Below, one piece after another: positions 1-12,516 of a stretch of DNA of 64,000 nucleotides. The stretch covers positions 34,252,560 to 34,316,559 of the forward strand of contig NC_090401.1 of assembly GCF_036365525.1 (NCBI RefSeq), given 5' to 3'. Source of the DNA: Heterodontus francisci. Its lineage: Eukaryota. The notes beneath the pieces are model-generated. The model did no database searches and was not told the origin of the DNA. It worked only from the letters and a program-made list of their open reading frames with translations. The first letter of the stretch is position 1. Every line of letters starts with the position of its first letter. Both the position numbers and the translations under genes were made by a program.

Positions 1-64
1 ACCAAAGGAAGCAATAGATAAAGTAATTGCTTTCTGAGATCTTGGATAATGTTTATCACTTATT

Positions 65-540
65 TACATAGGAGGAAGAGTTAACCATTCGGCCCCTCGA
101 GCAGATTCCACCATTCATTTAGATCATAGCTGATCTGTACCTCAACTCCATTTACCTGTCTTTGTTCCATGTCCCTTGATACCCTTACCCAACAAAAATC
201 TCTTGATCTTGAAAAATTCAATTTACCTAGCATCCATAGCCTTTTCAGGGAGAAAATTCCAGATTTCCACTATCATCTGTGTGGTAAAAGTGCTTCCTGA
301 TTTCACTGCTGAATGGCCTAGCTCCAATTTTAAGATTATGCCCCCTTGTTCTGGATTTCCCCACCAGACAAATTAGTTTCGCTGTATTCACCCTGTCAGA
401 TCCCTTTTATGATTTTAAACATCTCGATCAGATTGCCCTTCAATCTTTTTAAATAAATAGAATACGAACCAGGTTTATGTAACCTATTCTCATAATTTAC
501 CTCTCTATACCCAAGTATCTTTCTGGCAAATCTGCTTATT
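65..540 (-). mobile_element. CR1/HER1-type LINE 3' fragment (decayed)
   Basis: Reverse complement of the CR1 3' end and tail (ccattcggcccctcgagc...gatcatagctgatctg) also seen at 27075-27260 and 62700-62775. Confidence 0.7.
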
Positions 541-1089
541 CAACTTCAGTGAGACCAAGAGATTTGCCATTTGGAGGAAACTTGAGTGTAGTGACATTTG
601 AAATTGCATGGCTGATCCACATATCTTCAGCTCAATTTTAACTGTTTAAATGGTGCTCTGTTAATACCCCTGACTATCCTCTGCCCATCCTCTGTTAAGA
701 GTCACTGAATGGATGTACTGTAATAGATTTCCCAAGTGCTTTTATCTCAGATGGAGTGTATTTAAATTTAAACAATTGACCACAAATTCAATTTTTGGTT
801 AGTGGCAACAGAGACCAACTGATGAATATGATTTATGCTTCTAGTACTGAAATATTATTTTTCCCTACTTGCATTTCATAGAAGACAACTTCAGTGGTCT
901 CTGTACTGCAATGCTGTTTTCCGAATAACTACAATGACATCATTAAATGTGCAGCTTCTACAGGAGCTACATCTGGAAAAACTCAATTGAACTAGATGAA
1001 AGTATTCCTTTCAAACACACCTGATTTGACAGTGGTGTTCAGCAACACCTTAAATTTTCAGCTTCACATATTATCTGTTACAGCTTTGA

Positions 1090-1420
1090 GAAAGAAAAAC
1101 CTGCATCTATACAATGCCTTTCACACCCTTAAGATATCCCAATGTGCTTCATAGCCAATCAAGTACTTTTGAAGTATAGTCAGTGTTGTAATTTAGGCAA
1201 ATCCAGCAGCCAGTTTGCGCACAGGTAGATATGAATAACAACAGTGAGATAAATGATTAAGCAATCTGTGTTCATGCTGCTGGTGGAGGCATAAATGTTG
1301 GCCAGGACAAAGGCCTTCTTTGGACTTTTTCAAATTGTGCCATGGATATTTTACATCCACCTGAGAAGCTGGCCTCAACTTAATGTCTCACCTGAAAGTA
1401 CTACAAATTGCAGTACTATC
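1090..1420 (-). mobile_element. Deu-SINE/SacSINE1-like relic with L2-type tail
   Basis: gcctttcaca...cccaatgtgcttcatagccaatcaagtacttttgaagt...gcagccagtttgcgcacag. Related relics at ~25870-26030, 27770-28155 and 49250-49570. Confidence 0.55.
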
Positions 1421-1608
1421 ACACTCACTAGTAAATTTATTACATTGCCATATCTCTGTGTATGATTGCAAAGCTAGAAATTAATATGCATCTATCAAAT
1501 TTATTGCACTGCATTAGCTGTGCTTTGGGATGTCCTGAAGTCATGAAAGGCTCTATATAAATGTGATTTTATTTCTTTTCTCTTTCTTTTTTCCTTCCAT
1601 CTGTTAAA

Positions 1609-1969
1609 GATTAGATTAGATTAGATTAGAGATACAACACTGAAACAGGCCCTTCGGCCCACCGAGTCAGTGCCGACCATCAACCACCCATTTATACTAA
1701 TCCTACACTAATCCCATATTCCTACCAAACATCCCCACCTGTCCCTATATTTCCCTACCACCTACCTATACTAGTGACAATTTATAATGGCCAATTTACC
1801 TGCCAACCTGCAAGTCTTTTGGCTTGTGGGAGGAAACCGGAGCACCCGGAGAAAACCCACACAGACACAGGGAGAACTTGCAAACTCCACACAGGCAGTA
1901 CCCAGAATCGAACCCGGGTCCCTGGAGCTGTGAGGCTGCAGTGCTAACCACTGTGCCACTGTGCCGCCC
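1609..1969 (-). mobile_element. HE1-type V-SINE (tRNA-derived)
   Basis: Reverse complement starts gggcggcacagtggcacagtggttagcactgcagcctcacagctccagggacccgggttcgatt (A/B boxes), then the V-domain ctccgggtgctccggtttcctcccac and a (ctaat)n tail. Confidence 0.85.
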
Positions 1970-2601
1970 ATTAAAGCTGTAATCATTTTGTCATTGCCAT
2001 GTTGTAAGGGAGCTCATAGTCATAGTTAGAAGGATCTTCATATTAATTGTTAGTGCAGTTTAACCAACATGATATATGACATTAAATGAGAATGGGACCT
2101 TAAAATAGTAGTGCAGCATATTGTTGCAATAATACACTGAAGCACGATCTGTGAGATGCTTTTTCTCTCCAGCATTTCCCAGGTGCTGAGTACGGCTGGT
2201 AGAAATTCTGATAATGGAAAAGTACTTCCTCCAGAAAAAGAAAAAAAAATATTCCCAGTGAACCTGTGCTGGCCTAAAGCATCTTTTAAGTGGCTAGTTC
2301 AAGAGCAGCAATAGCAGAAACTTGCCTGCCTTCATAGAATAAGGCATTGTTCTGGTTAGGGACCCAACAAGGCTCATAAACTAGCATCCCTAGTAAGAAA
2401 ATCCATTTAATATAGATGAACAAGTATAATGTGTCTGTTGAGAACAAAATTTGCTAGTGGATTTAATTTTCACGGTGGTAAGCTTTGCCAGGGCAAGTTG
2501 ATTTGTAGCCTTTGTGTGTGTGTACAATTTTTGTGTTTTTTTTTCCCTTATGTGCTTTTGCTTTGGTTCTGCCATCTGTCTTCATGTCCCATGCTGGATA
2601 G

Positions 2602-2637
2602 CAAAAGGAGCAGTCTGTGCTGAAGAACCTGCGCTTG
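2602..2637 (+). CDS. MACF1: MACF1 alternative microexon within CH1 (QKEQSVLKNLRL), short donor
   Basis: Long pyrimidine tract, then ...atgctggatag|CAAAAGGAG...CGCTTG|gtgaga. It is 36 nt, phase 0-0. The peptide resembles the 12-aa spectraplakin insert (PRERDFLKTLRL type, plectin 3alpha) that precedes [10 protein letters not shown]. Confidence 0.75.
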
Positions 2638-2697
2638 GTGAGACTGCCACCCTGTGTTTCTGAACACAGTCAGGAAGAGGGGGATAATGATGAGGGG
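2602..2697 (+). CDS. MACF1: Same microexon extended to a downstream donor (adds VRLPPCVSEHSQEEGDNDEG)
   Basis: The frame stays open to GAG GGG|gtaggt (96 nt, phase 0). The acidic extension resembles the dystonin insert VSATEACEYEQHEDVEDEDKG (recalled). Confidence 0.6.
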
Positions 2698-5639
2698 GTA
2701 GGTGCCACCCCCAAAAGACGATTCAATAATTTACTGTATCACTGCTAGATAATCCACACCATTATTAAATGGGAGAGTACCTCAACTATAAGAACTATTT
2801 AAAATAAAAACCGGTATGCTGTTGAAATAGAACTTTTCTGTTGTGCACAACATATTTTAAATGTTTTTGTATTATTTTTCATTTTGAATATTTTACCTTT
2901 TGCCACACTTCATCCTTCCCTTCACCAGTGCCTTTTTCAGCAGCTGGAAGAACTGCATCATTTGAGCTGTGGATAAAAAAGCATGCTTTGTGAGGATATG
3001 CCATTTTTCCCAGTAAGATGGCAATCTCTTTCTCTGCAGGCATGTCACCAGTCATCTCAATTAGACAGACAGAACTCTAATCTGGAGAGTAGCCCTGTTG
3101 GAATAAGTGTTAAGGAATTTGAATCCAGTCTCTCTGAGGGATTCAATCCCTCTCATGACAGAGCTATAGGAACATATTACACCTTTATTAATATTTTATA
3201 TTTGGAATTTGGCATGGCAATTCTGTGTAATGTCTTGGCAATATTATTATATATTGTACTGGCAGAGTGCCATGTTGAGCTTTCCAGCCAATTGTAATGA
3301 CCTTTAAAATGGCTATTTAATTATTTTAAATAGTCGTAAACTTGGAAAGAACCCAAAGCAGCTGATTTGTGCTACTGCTCTTTGAGGAAAAGATTTGATG
3401 CACAATATTGTAAAGCTTTCATATATTGTATTTGGTATCGAAAAGAGCTTGAAATGAATAATGGCTCAATTGTATAAATATGTGATACTCAGTGGATTAT
3501 ATCTACATTGATACAGTATCTTGCTTGTGGCATTAATATGAACAAAAATAACAACTCTAATTCTAATCTTTCCTTCAGTTTGTTCCTTCATTTATTATGG
3601 TTTGGGGCAATTTGGGTTAACTTATTCAGTTTTTCATTCATATAGCTTATAATTTTAAATATTGTCTGGACTAAACAATATGGGCTCTGCCTAGACATCA
3701 GATGGAGTTGATTTTGGCGTCTTGTCCAGAGATTCTATCCATATAGAATTATAGAAATTTTCACAAAACTGAAAGCTATAATAATGTACTCACTGGATAA
3801 AACAATTTCCCTGCAGTGAAAAGCCCAAATAAGGCTGCACAATTACTGTGCAGTCCTTCCTTAAAACTGTTACTGGTTACATTCTTTCCATCATAATTAC
3901 TGTAATGCAGACAGCTCTAATCAGTGGAAGACATGATGAGATGTGTACAGTATATTTCAATTGTATGCTTTTGCTGTAACAATGAGAGGAACAACAATAA
4001 CGGGAAACGGTTTCCTGTGTGTTTGCCTGCTGCCTGAGATAGTAGCAGTGGTTTCCTTTACCCTAATGAGATTAACCCAGATGAGTTTTCAACTTGTTTG
4101 CTGTGAGATCTAGACTAACCTTGCACATCTTGAGAATCACTCACCCCTTGGATACTTGCTTGCTCATAAAAGAAAAGTCTTTTTCCAAGAATAAAATGGT
4201 GAGGGAGCATGCAAGAATGGTTTCTAATGTATGATGTAAAATATATAATTTCTTGTGCTGTTCCATGACTTGTTCCGCAGGATATGTTTTATATTTAAAA
4301 TGGCAAAGGTGGTGGATACAGACTAGTCACAATTCTATTGAATAAATTCTTAGCCTGATTATTCCTCACATATCATGGAGTTTGCAGCTAATGTATTGGT
4401 ACTTTTTAGACTTTTTCGTAACGATGGAAAGGTAACTCTTGCTTCTGCCTGGCAGTGGAAATTTTTGCACACCAGCCTCCTGGTGTCTCATGCAACGTAA
4501 TTACACTGGAGTTATTTTACAATTTTTGCTGTCCATAGAGATTCTTTCATTAGACTGGAAGATACTGAAACCCGAAAGCTTTGTCCTCTTAGCATTGAAC
4601 TAGCCCCAAAGTCCTCTGTGGTCAGGCTTGCAGTAGTTGAATTTGCCATAGTCTGAATGGGCTTGTTACCACAGTGTGCTGACTGGAAGGCCTTTTTTTC
4701 TCCTTTGTAGCTACTTACACCAATTTATTTAAATTTCTCTCTTTACATGGAGCAGTCCCATTATTCAGCATGGCTGCCTGGAATATTAAATTTGAATAAT
4801 CTGACTGTCTGTTATGGAGAAGTGAGCCTTTGCCAGTAAATTCTGGGAAAAAAGTGTCCACTGAGACAAAAGTAGTCATGCTGACCTCATTATATGGGAA
4901 GTTTTAACAACTGTGAATGTGGTGGATCCTATCGCTGGGTATTGATCAGATTGGGAGAAGCTGGCTGAGTCAGGAGTCCAAGGGAAGAGGTAGCCACAGT
5001 ACCAGGAATTAAGCAGAGGCAGCATCGCTACTGTGATATTTCACCCTGTGCCATAAATGACTGATACACTCCTTATCTTTACGCGATTGCTACACTGTTC
5101 TGTGGCCTTGACTTTTCTCTTTAGATTTATAAATTTCCCCTCACTTAAACCCTCCCCCTAACAACTCTCCATGTGGGAAATTACAACAATAAACTTCTCA
5201 CCCCTCTGCTGTAACATAGCAAATTGTTGTACTATGGCACTGGAGTGACCCAATGAGCATGTTTCAATAACAAATATTTTATCCTTTATAAAATCTGGGC
5301 GTTTTCTATATTTGTGCATTGTATGTGTATGGGGGTAATAAAAGGTTGAGTATCTCTTGAAAGTATCGTCTTAGCGTATCATTGCACTGTGACTGATTCA
5401 GCATTGTTGACAAGCAGAAGGTGGAGGAGTTTCAGTTACTAATGTCATCCTTTCTGGCAACAGAAGATTTATACTTGAGAATTAATAAACAATGCCGTTA
5501 TTAACTTTCACAGTCGACTTATTATTGCTCTCATGTAGCAGTCTGGATTATTTTTGAGTTTTGAGCTCTAAAATGCACCTTGAATATTTCATTTCCTTTA
5601 ATTTCCTGTTCATTCAGTTTCTAATTTATAGAGGTCTCC

Positions 5640-5770
5640 TTTATTGCTGGAAATATTCAGCAGGTCAGACAGCATCTATGAACAGGGAAAGAGTTAACAT
5701 TTCAGCACCCTGATCTTTTGTCAGAGGTTCTGACAGATTTCTAGCATCCACAGTACTTTGCTTTTGCCTT
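5640..5770 (-). repeat. Short Penelope-pLTR-like repeat (degenerate hammerhead family)
   Basis: gctggaaatattcagcaggtcagacagcatct...gagttaacatttcag, homologous to 15773-16004. Confidence 0.6.
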
Positions 5771-6422
5771 CATTTTTGAACTGGTTGGGTACATAATAGG
5801 CTGAAAAATAACTCACTTTCTTCTCAGCTTTGATTTAAGAAAACTCTATCTATAAATTCAATGATGCAACATTGTTTAGGAATTTCCAGCATCTTATATT
5901 TATTGTTTTGCATGGATTGAAATTAGTTGGTTGGATGGGTTGTTGAAGGTTTGGGCATAGAGAATGAAGAGGAAGGCAACAGTGACTCAGCTGGGCTCCA
6001 AGGAGAGCAGGCTGTGTGCACTGTTGACTAGATGTGAGACAGAATCAGGGTAGGATGTGGAGAGAAGTGAAGATTTCCTTTGAACTGTACTACGGTCAAA
6101 ATATCACTATTGCAGTGTGTGCCACATATAGGAACTGTATTGTTCACCCTCTCCTCCCTTTTTAAAAGTAGTTGTTTAAAGTTGTTGGAGATATTTTGGG
6201 TGAGCAAAAGACTTTAACATTTTAACCTATTTTGAATGCTGCCTTTGGTACATAAAGACGGATTACATAAAGCAGTTACTCTCTCTGTTCTGAAATGAGT
6301 GGAGAAGTCTACATCTGACAGAAAGGAAGGGCATATGCTATTTTTTATCAATCCAATCTGCTGTTTATATTAAAAGATCAGAACAGCACTAATTTATCTC
6401 CTTGTGTTCTTTTTTTTTTTAG

Positions 6423-6500
6423 CCTCGTGAGAAAGGCCGTATGCGTTTCCACAGATTACAAAATGTACAGATTGCACTTGACTACTTAAAGCAACGACAG
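6423..6500 (+). CDS. MACF1: MACF1 exon, CH1 domain ([26 protein letters not shown])
   Basis: Poly-T tract, ag|CCT...CAG|gtaggt, 78 nt, phase 0-0. Classic spectraplakin actin-binding-domain sequence; missed by the ORF track. Confidence 0.95.
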
Positions 6501-6514
6501 GTAGGTAAACAGGT

Positions 6515-6890
6515 ACAGTAGTCTAGAGGTTTGGTATTGAACTATCAACCCAGAGGTCGTACATTCAAATCCCATAGCAAGCTGTAAAATTGAATTTACA
6601 AATTTAAGGGCTAAGATTTTTCCCTCCCCTGCAACCTCGATTGGTGAGTAGTTTAAGAGCAGCAATGTCTTGAATACCATAACCTCCACGTTTCCCTCTG
6701 TCACATAGCATCTTGACTTCAACATATTACTGTTCCTTTATCATCACTGGGTCAATATCCTGCAATTTCTTATCTAACACCATTGTGGAAGCACCATCAC
6801 TCTAAGGGTTTAAGGAGAAGGCTCACCACCACCATCCATGAATGGACAGTAATTACAGCTTTGTCCACATCTCAAAACCAAATAATAAGA
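6515..6890 (+). mobile_element. Decayed tRNA-SINE / CR1-group LINE tail
   Basis: Head ttcaaatcccatagcaagctgtaaaattgaatt, plus tail cactgggtcaatatcctgcaa...gctcaccaccac shared with 33330-33905 and 51625-52045. Confidence 0.5.
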
Positions 6891-7929
6891 AATGGACAAA
6901 TGTAATTTATTGTATTACACATTACTTGCATCTTTTCCATTTTAGCTTTTAGATTTTAAAGTGGTTTAGACACAACTTGAACCGTACAGAGTTGGGTTAT
7001 GGTATTTAGATAAATTGTTCTGTGCAAGCTAAGCCATGCAAACCTGGGAGGTGCTAAAGTCAACCATGGGTCTATATTCATAAGCTCATTTACTCCTCAG
7101 CTAAGGCAGTGGTTGAGGCATTAGAATTGGTTTCAGTGTCTCTGGGTTAGGGAGGAAAAAAAAAAAATCAGTGAATGCTGCTGGAAAATTTGTGCGTCTG
7201 GTCATCACTTTGGGCTTGGGTTTGATGTTCCCCAAGCTAAGCGGTTCCCTGACACTCACCAAATTGCATTATGTTGATGTGCCACAGGGATGCAGCTACC
7301 TGTGAGATGATACCTCCCCCTTAAAGAAAAGGGGAAAAAATTAGATGTGCTATTTTAATAGACTTCCAACTCAAATTAGTAAATATCAAAATTATTTAAA
7401 ATACTGTAAATTTCCAACAGTTGGCTACAAACAGTAAATTCATCATTTACTGTAGTAATCAGATGGAAGGAAGACCCCATATCCTTTTAAGCTGTATAAT
7501 TGTGCACAATATATATTTTCAGGCTTTCAACTAAATTAACATTAATACATTCTTTTGCATGCACATGACTAGGAATTAGGTTTGTTGCCTAATTAGGTGT
7601 CTAGGGGTCCCTTTTGAGCCTTCACCTGGTCTTAATCTAACAGGATTTAATTTTAAATGCACCATGTTTTGAGCTCCCCCTTGGTGAATCCTCGTTCACT
7701 GCTTTCCAATTATAAGACAAAGAAATGAGCACAAACAGGCAGTGAAATTTATTAAAACTTAAAATTCTAATTCGGTTAACGCCTATGGATACACGCTAGC
7801 ATGCATACGTGATATGCACATGCAAATAGAGACAGAAAAGAGCAGAAGAAAAATAAAGTGGAGAGGTTTTAGAAAATATCTGAAGAGTTTCTTGTTACTG
7901 TGCTTCGAACTCACTGTAGTCTTTTTGTA

Positions 7930-8251
7930 GGGGCGAGCAGTGGTTAGCACCGGAGCCGCACAGCTCCAGCGACCCGGGTTTAATTCTGGGTACTGCCTGT
8001 GTGGAGTTTACATGTTCTCCCTGTGACCGTGTGGGTTTTCGCTGGGTGCTCCGGTTTCCTCCCACAGCCAAAGACTTGCAGGTTGATGGGTAAATTGGCC
8101 ATTGTAAATTGCCCCTAGTATCGTTAGGTGGTAGGGGAATATAGGGACAGGTGGGGATGTGGTAGGAATATGGGATTTGTGTAGAATTAGTATAAATGGG
8201 TGGTTGATGGTCGGCACAGACTCGGTGGGCCGAAGGGCATGTTTCAGTGCT
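7930..8251 (+). mobile_element. HE1-type V-SINE, interrupted in its tail by the ERV
   Basis: gggcgagcagtggttagcaccg...gacccgggtt...gggccgaagggcatgtttcagtgct, followed directly by the LTR. Confidence 0.85.
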
Positions 8252-8796
8252 TGATGGATCCCATTAGTTACACAAAGAGAGACGAAGTCTGACTGTAGCT
8301 TTAAGAAACTTTATTGCAGTACGAAATGGTTACATCATCAGCAAAGCAAACAACAACAACACCTGGGCTGTTCTCTCCTCTCCTTTCCCTGCCTGAGCAG
8401 AGAAATCAAGCCTTTCTTATAGTTCTTCATACAAATCAGTGACACTCCCTTTATGTTCCCAATTGGTTTACAAACTCTGCAGTTTCTTGGTGTCATGGCC
8501 TGATTTGGGCACTGCCTTGTCACCTTCCCCTCTAGCAGTTTCTCATCTCCCCCTCCCCCCATCTCCTTGGACCGTTAGGCTGATTGCTATACAATAGGCT
8601 ACTATGAAGCAGCTTGCAGCTGTCCTGTTAGTTTTTGCTTGTTAGTCTACTTCTACTGATAAGCTGTCTGTGCAGCCCTGAAACTATGAAGTCAATTCTG
8701 ATAAGCTGTCAGAGCAGCTCCGAGGTTAGTTTGTTAGTAGTACATGATTGATTAATTATTTCACCCTAAATGTCCCCATATTATTCTGTCCCCACA
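8252..8796 (-). repeat. ERV 3' LTR
   Basis: TG...CA ends on the minus strand, AATAAA (+ tttatt ~8310), TATA-like CTATAAG (~8416), preceded by PPT aatcaaaggggggac (8797-8811). Confidence 0.9.
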
Positions 8797-8911
8797 GTCC
8801 CCCCTTTGATTCTTCAAACACTTTTAAGAATCATTCCCTTGATCCCACCTAGGTGCCTTTAATGGTCTCTACTTGTCTAGAAACAGCCTTCAACACCTGG
8901 AGGGGTCACAC

Positions 8912-9046
8912 TCAATACGTTGCCTGCTTGTGCCACAGGAGGGGCCCGCGGGAGCTCTGTAAAGGCATAAGTTTTGCAGGGGTTTCAGTTACTTGTTTAC
9001 AACAACACTTCATAAGCAAAAACATCAAATACAGAATTACAATCAT
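8912..9046 (-). CDS. 44-aa hydrophobic ORF (TM-like segment + CCC + tail) at the env position; env remnant or small accessory protein
   Basis: Manual translation: MIVILYLMFLLMKCCCKQVTETPAKLMPLQSSRGPLLWHKQATY*, preceded in frame by FFLV. Confidence 0.5.
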   Translation of the reverse strand: MIVILYLMFLLMKCCCKQVTETPAKLMPLQSSRGPLLWHKQATY

Positions 9047-9066
9047 CACTAAAAAGAATTCGGCGT

Positions 9067-12000
9067 TCAATCACGGGTCGCTCGTTTTACGTGAGAGGCA
9101 TGTATCCAGGCTTTCTTTCCTTCGACTTTAACTGCTGACTGGGTGGTCAGTAGCACTTGGAAAGGTCCCTCCCACTTGGCGCCCAAAGGTTCTTTGTGTA
9201 TTTTCATCACGTAGACCCAGATTCCCGGGACGATGTCATGTCCTCCTTCTGGTGGGTCACCCCAAGCTGCCGATACCTGTGAGAAAGCAGAACTGACAGC
9301 ATTTGTTAAGTTCTGGCAATATTCTAGTAAAGCGTCACTCATCAAGTGACAATCAGCTTTACGCAGATCAATTGTTCCCGGTAAAGACATGGGTCTCCCT
9401 GTTATTACTTCAAACGGGCTCAAGCCTGTTCTGTTCGGGGTCGCTCTGATACTACACAGAACTATCGGCAATGCCTGAGGCCACTTTATTCCTTCCTGGT
9501 GATACTTGGATAGTCGCTGCTTTAGCATCTGATTCATTCGTTCCACTTGGCCTGATGACTGGGGATGATGAGGACAGTGTAAATCCCACGTAATGTTCAC
9601 TAGTCGACTGACTTCCTGACAGATCGCGCCTGTGAAATGAGTTCCTTAGTCAGAGTCAATGCTGACCAGTACTCCCTATCTGGGGATGTAATCTTTACAC
9701 AGGACCTTAGCGGTGTGATTGGCCGTGGCTCTTCTAGCTGGGATGGCCTCTACCCATCTAGAAAATTTATCGACGATGACTAAAATGCCGGTGTATCCCT
9801 GACAAGGTGGGAGAGTGATATAGTCAACTTGTAAGCACTGGAATGGGCCGGCTGGAGCAGGGGCTTTCAGTTGAGGCATTATAGTAATGGGTCCTGAATT
9901 GTTTTTCTGACAGATCACACAGCGGTCAGCTACCAACTGTGCGTGATTTTTGAACCCTCGACCCCCCCAGCTTTTCTGGAACCATGCTGTCATCTGTTGC
10001 GGGGCTAGGTATCCCCAGGAGTGAATTTGTTGGGCAAAAAGGGCATGAGCGCCTTTGGTGCGACGGGTTTCTCGGTGTCCCTTTGCCTCCATATGCTGTC
10101 GTCTCATATCTTTTTCCCTGCTTCTATCCAGGTCCATTTTTCCTCTTTGGAACATTCACTCTGCATCACTTGTAGGTCTTGTGTCAGATGGGACGCATTC
10201 AGTTTACATATTTGCGTCCGGGGGATCACCTTGCGAGGCGGCTTCCTTGGCTGCCTTGTCGGCTAGGGCATTCCCCTTTGCCTCTATGGTGTTGTCTTTC
10301 GTATGGGCTTTACATTTCAAAATGGATACCTTTTGTGGCAATTGCATCGCCTCCAGTAAGTCTCGGACCTCTTTTCCATTTCGAATAGGTGTACCAGCAG
10401 CAGTGAGAAATCCTCTTTTGCGCCACAACTGACCAAAGTCGTGAGCGACTCCAAAAGCATACCGCAAGTCGGTGTAAATATTAGCTGTCTTCCCCTCTGC
10501 TATTCGACATGCTTCCGACAGGGCTCGCAGTTCGGTTTGTTGGGCCGATGTCCCTGAAGGCAGGCATCCCACTTCCACAACTTCATGTAGGGTTGTAACT
10601 GCCCATCCTGCTTTCCATGTACCGTTGTCAACAAAGGATGAGCCATCTATAAAAAGGATTAAATCTGGGTTGAGCAATGCTTCCTCTGCTGCTAGGGTTA
10701 CCTCCTCTGTTTCTTCCATAATCTCCACATAATCATGTTCTTCCTCCTCCATCTCTTCAGGCCACGGAAGCATAGTCGCCAGATTTACCGGGCTGGCCCG
10801 GACAATGTGGAGATTGGGAGCCTCTAGGACTGTTGTCCATCGGGTCCATTTAGCTGCAGTCACTTGGGATACTCTGTTCATAGATAGCAATGTGTGGACT
10901 GTGTGCGGACACTTAATGGTTAACTTTTGATCTAATACCAGACCTGCAGTAGCCATTACTGCTTGGCATGTAGCTTCCATAGCTCTTAAACAACTGCCCC
11001 ATCCTAGGGCGACGGTATCCAGTCTTTTCGAATAGTATCCAATAGGTCTCTGTTTGTCCCCGTGTTCCTGTGTCAGTATGGCAGTCATCTATCCCTCTTT
11101 TTCATGTACAAACAGGGTAAACGGTTTCCCGTTGGCGGGGATTCCCAGGGCTGGCGCTGAGCAGAAGGCCCTCTTTAAATTTTCGAAAGCTTCTTGTTCT
11201 TTGTTTAGGGTAACTGATTCTTTAGAGGCCCGCTTTCCCTTCAAGAGGTCGGTTAATAGTTGAGCCAGCTGTGTGTAGGAGTCGATTCAGTTTCTGTTGA
11301 AGTTACACAAACCCAAAAAGGACCTAAGCTCCTGGATAGTGGTGGGCAGTTTGGCAGCTTGAATGGCGGCGGTCCTTTCCTGGGTGAGTTCCCTCTTCCC
11401 TTTCAAAATCTTTTGTCCCAGGTACACGACCTCTCCTTCTGCTATCTGTGCTTTGTCAATACTGACCTTGTGTCCCCTCTGATGAAGGTGGTCGAGCAAG
11501 GTACGCAGATCTTGTTCGTGCTGTTCTTCTGTCTCAGAGGCTAACAGGATGTCGTCCACGTACTGGATGACCGTGGAGTACATGGAAGGTAACTCCCTCA
11601 AATGGTTTTGTAGGGCCATATGAAATACCGTGGGGCTGTTGTGGAAACCCTGTGGCAGGCGAGTCCAGGTGTACTGTTGTTGTTGTACAGTAAAGGCGGA
11701 CCACGGTTGGACTTCGGGTGCCAGTGGCACCGACCAAAATCTGTTGGCCATATCGATAACAGAGAACTATTCGTGTTCCGGCTTCAGGGCATTAAATACC
11801 GTAGAGGGGTCAGCTACCAGAGGGGCCTTTTGATGAATACACTGATTAGCCTTTTTATAGTCGACAGTAAGCCGCCAGGTCCCATTTGACTTCCGTACTG
11901 GCCACACAGGGCTGTTTGAGGTACTGTGTGTTTTAACCAGCACGTCTTGCTCCTCTAGCTGTCTGATTACGGGTAGGATTCCTGCAATAGATGTTTGACT

Positions 12001-12516
12001 GATGGGGTATTGCTTAGTACAGGGCGGAGCAGATCCCGTAAACGTTGCCGGTTCCATTTGAAGTAGCCCACAATCGTTCTTATCCTGGGCCCATATTGGG
12101 TGCTCCCTCAGCTGTTCGTTCTTCAAACTTCTGATTGACCAAGTTACCTGGCCACCTTCGAAATGCAACGAGGAGTTCAGCTGAGTGAGAACGTCCATGC
12201 CGAGGAGTGCTTGGTTCACCGGACCTACCCAGACCGGTGTTATCAATTCATGCGGACCAAGACCGATGCGTACGGGCTGGGTCCTCTTAATTACCAACCC
12301 ATTGCCCCCAGCTGCGTAAGCTCTTTTAGTCTTACCGTCCATCGGTAGGGAGTTTCCGTATTTTTGAGGTAGACACGTTAATTCGGCTCCAGTATCCAAT
12401 AAGAAGTCAATGTCTTGATCGCCCACCCCCGCAGTTACATACAATCCATCTTTTCTATTTTCTACCAGCGCTAGGAGAGGCACTGAAAGGGCGAGGGAGG
12501 GCTCCTCTAGTTTTTT
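9067..12516 (-). pseudogene. ERV pro-pol (PR, RT, tether/RNase H, IN), disrupted by stops and frameshifts
   Basis: ORFs 11767-12483 (FLLDTGAE; NSPVWPVRK), 11287-11751 (YTWTRLPQGFHNSP; QYVDD), 10204-11088 (LFIDGSS; GNALAD), 9676-10155 (CVIC; LQVDY), 9067-9600 (SSGQVERMN; WEGPF). Confidence 0.95.
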
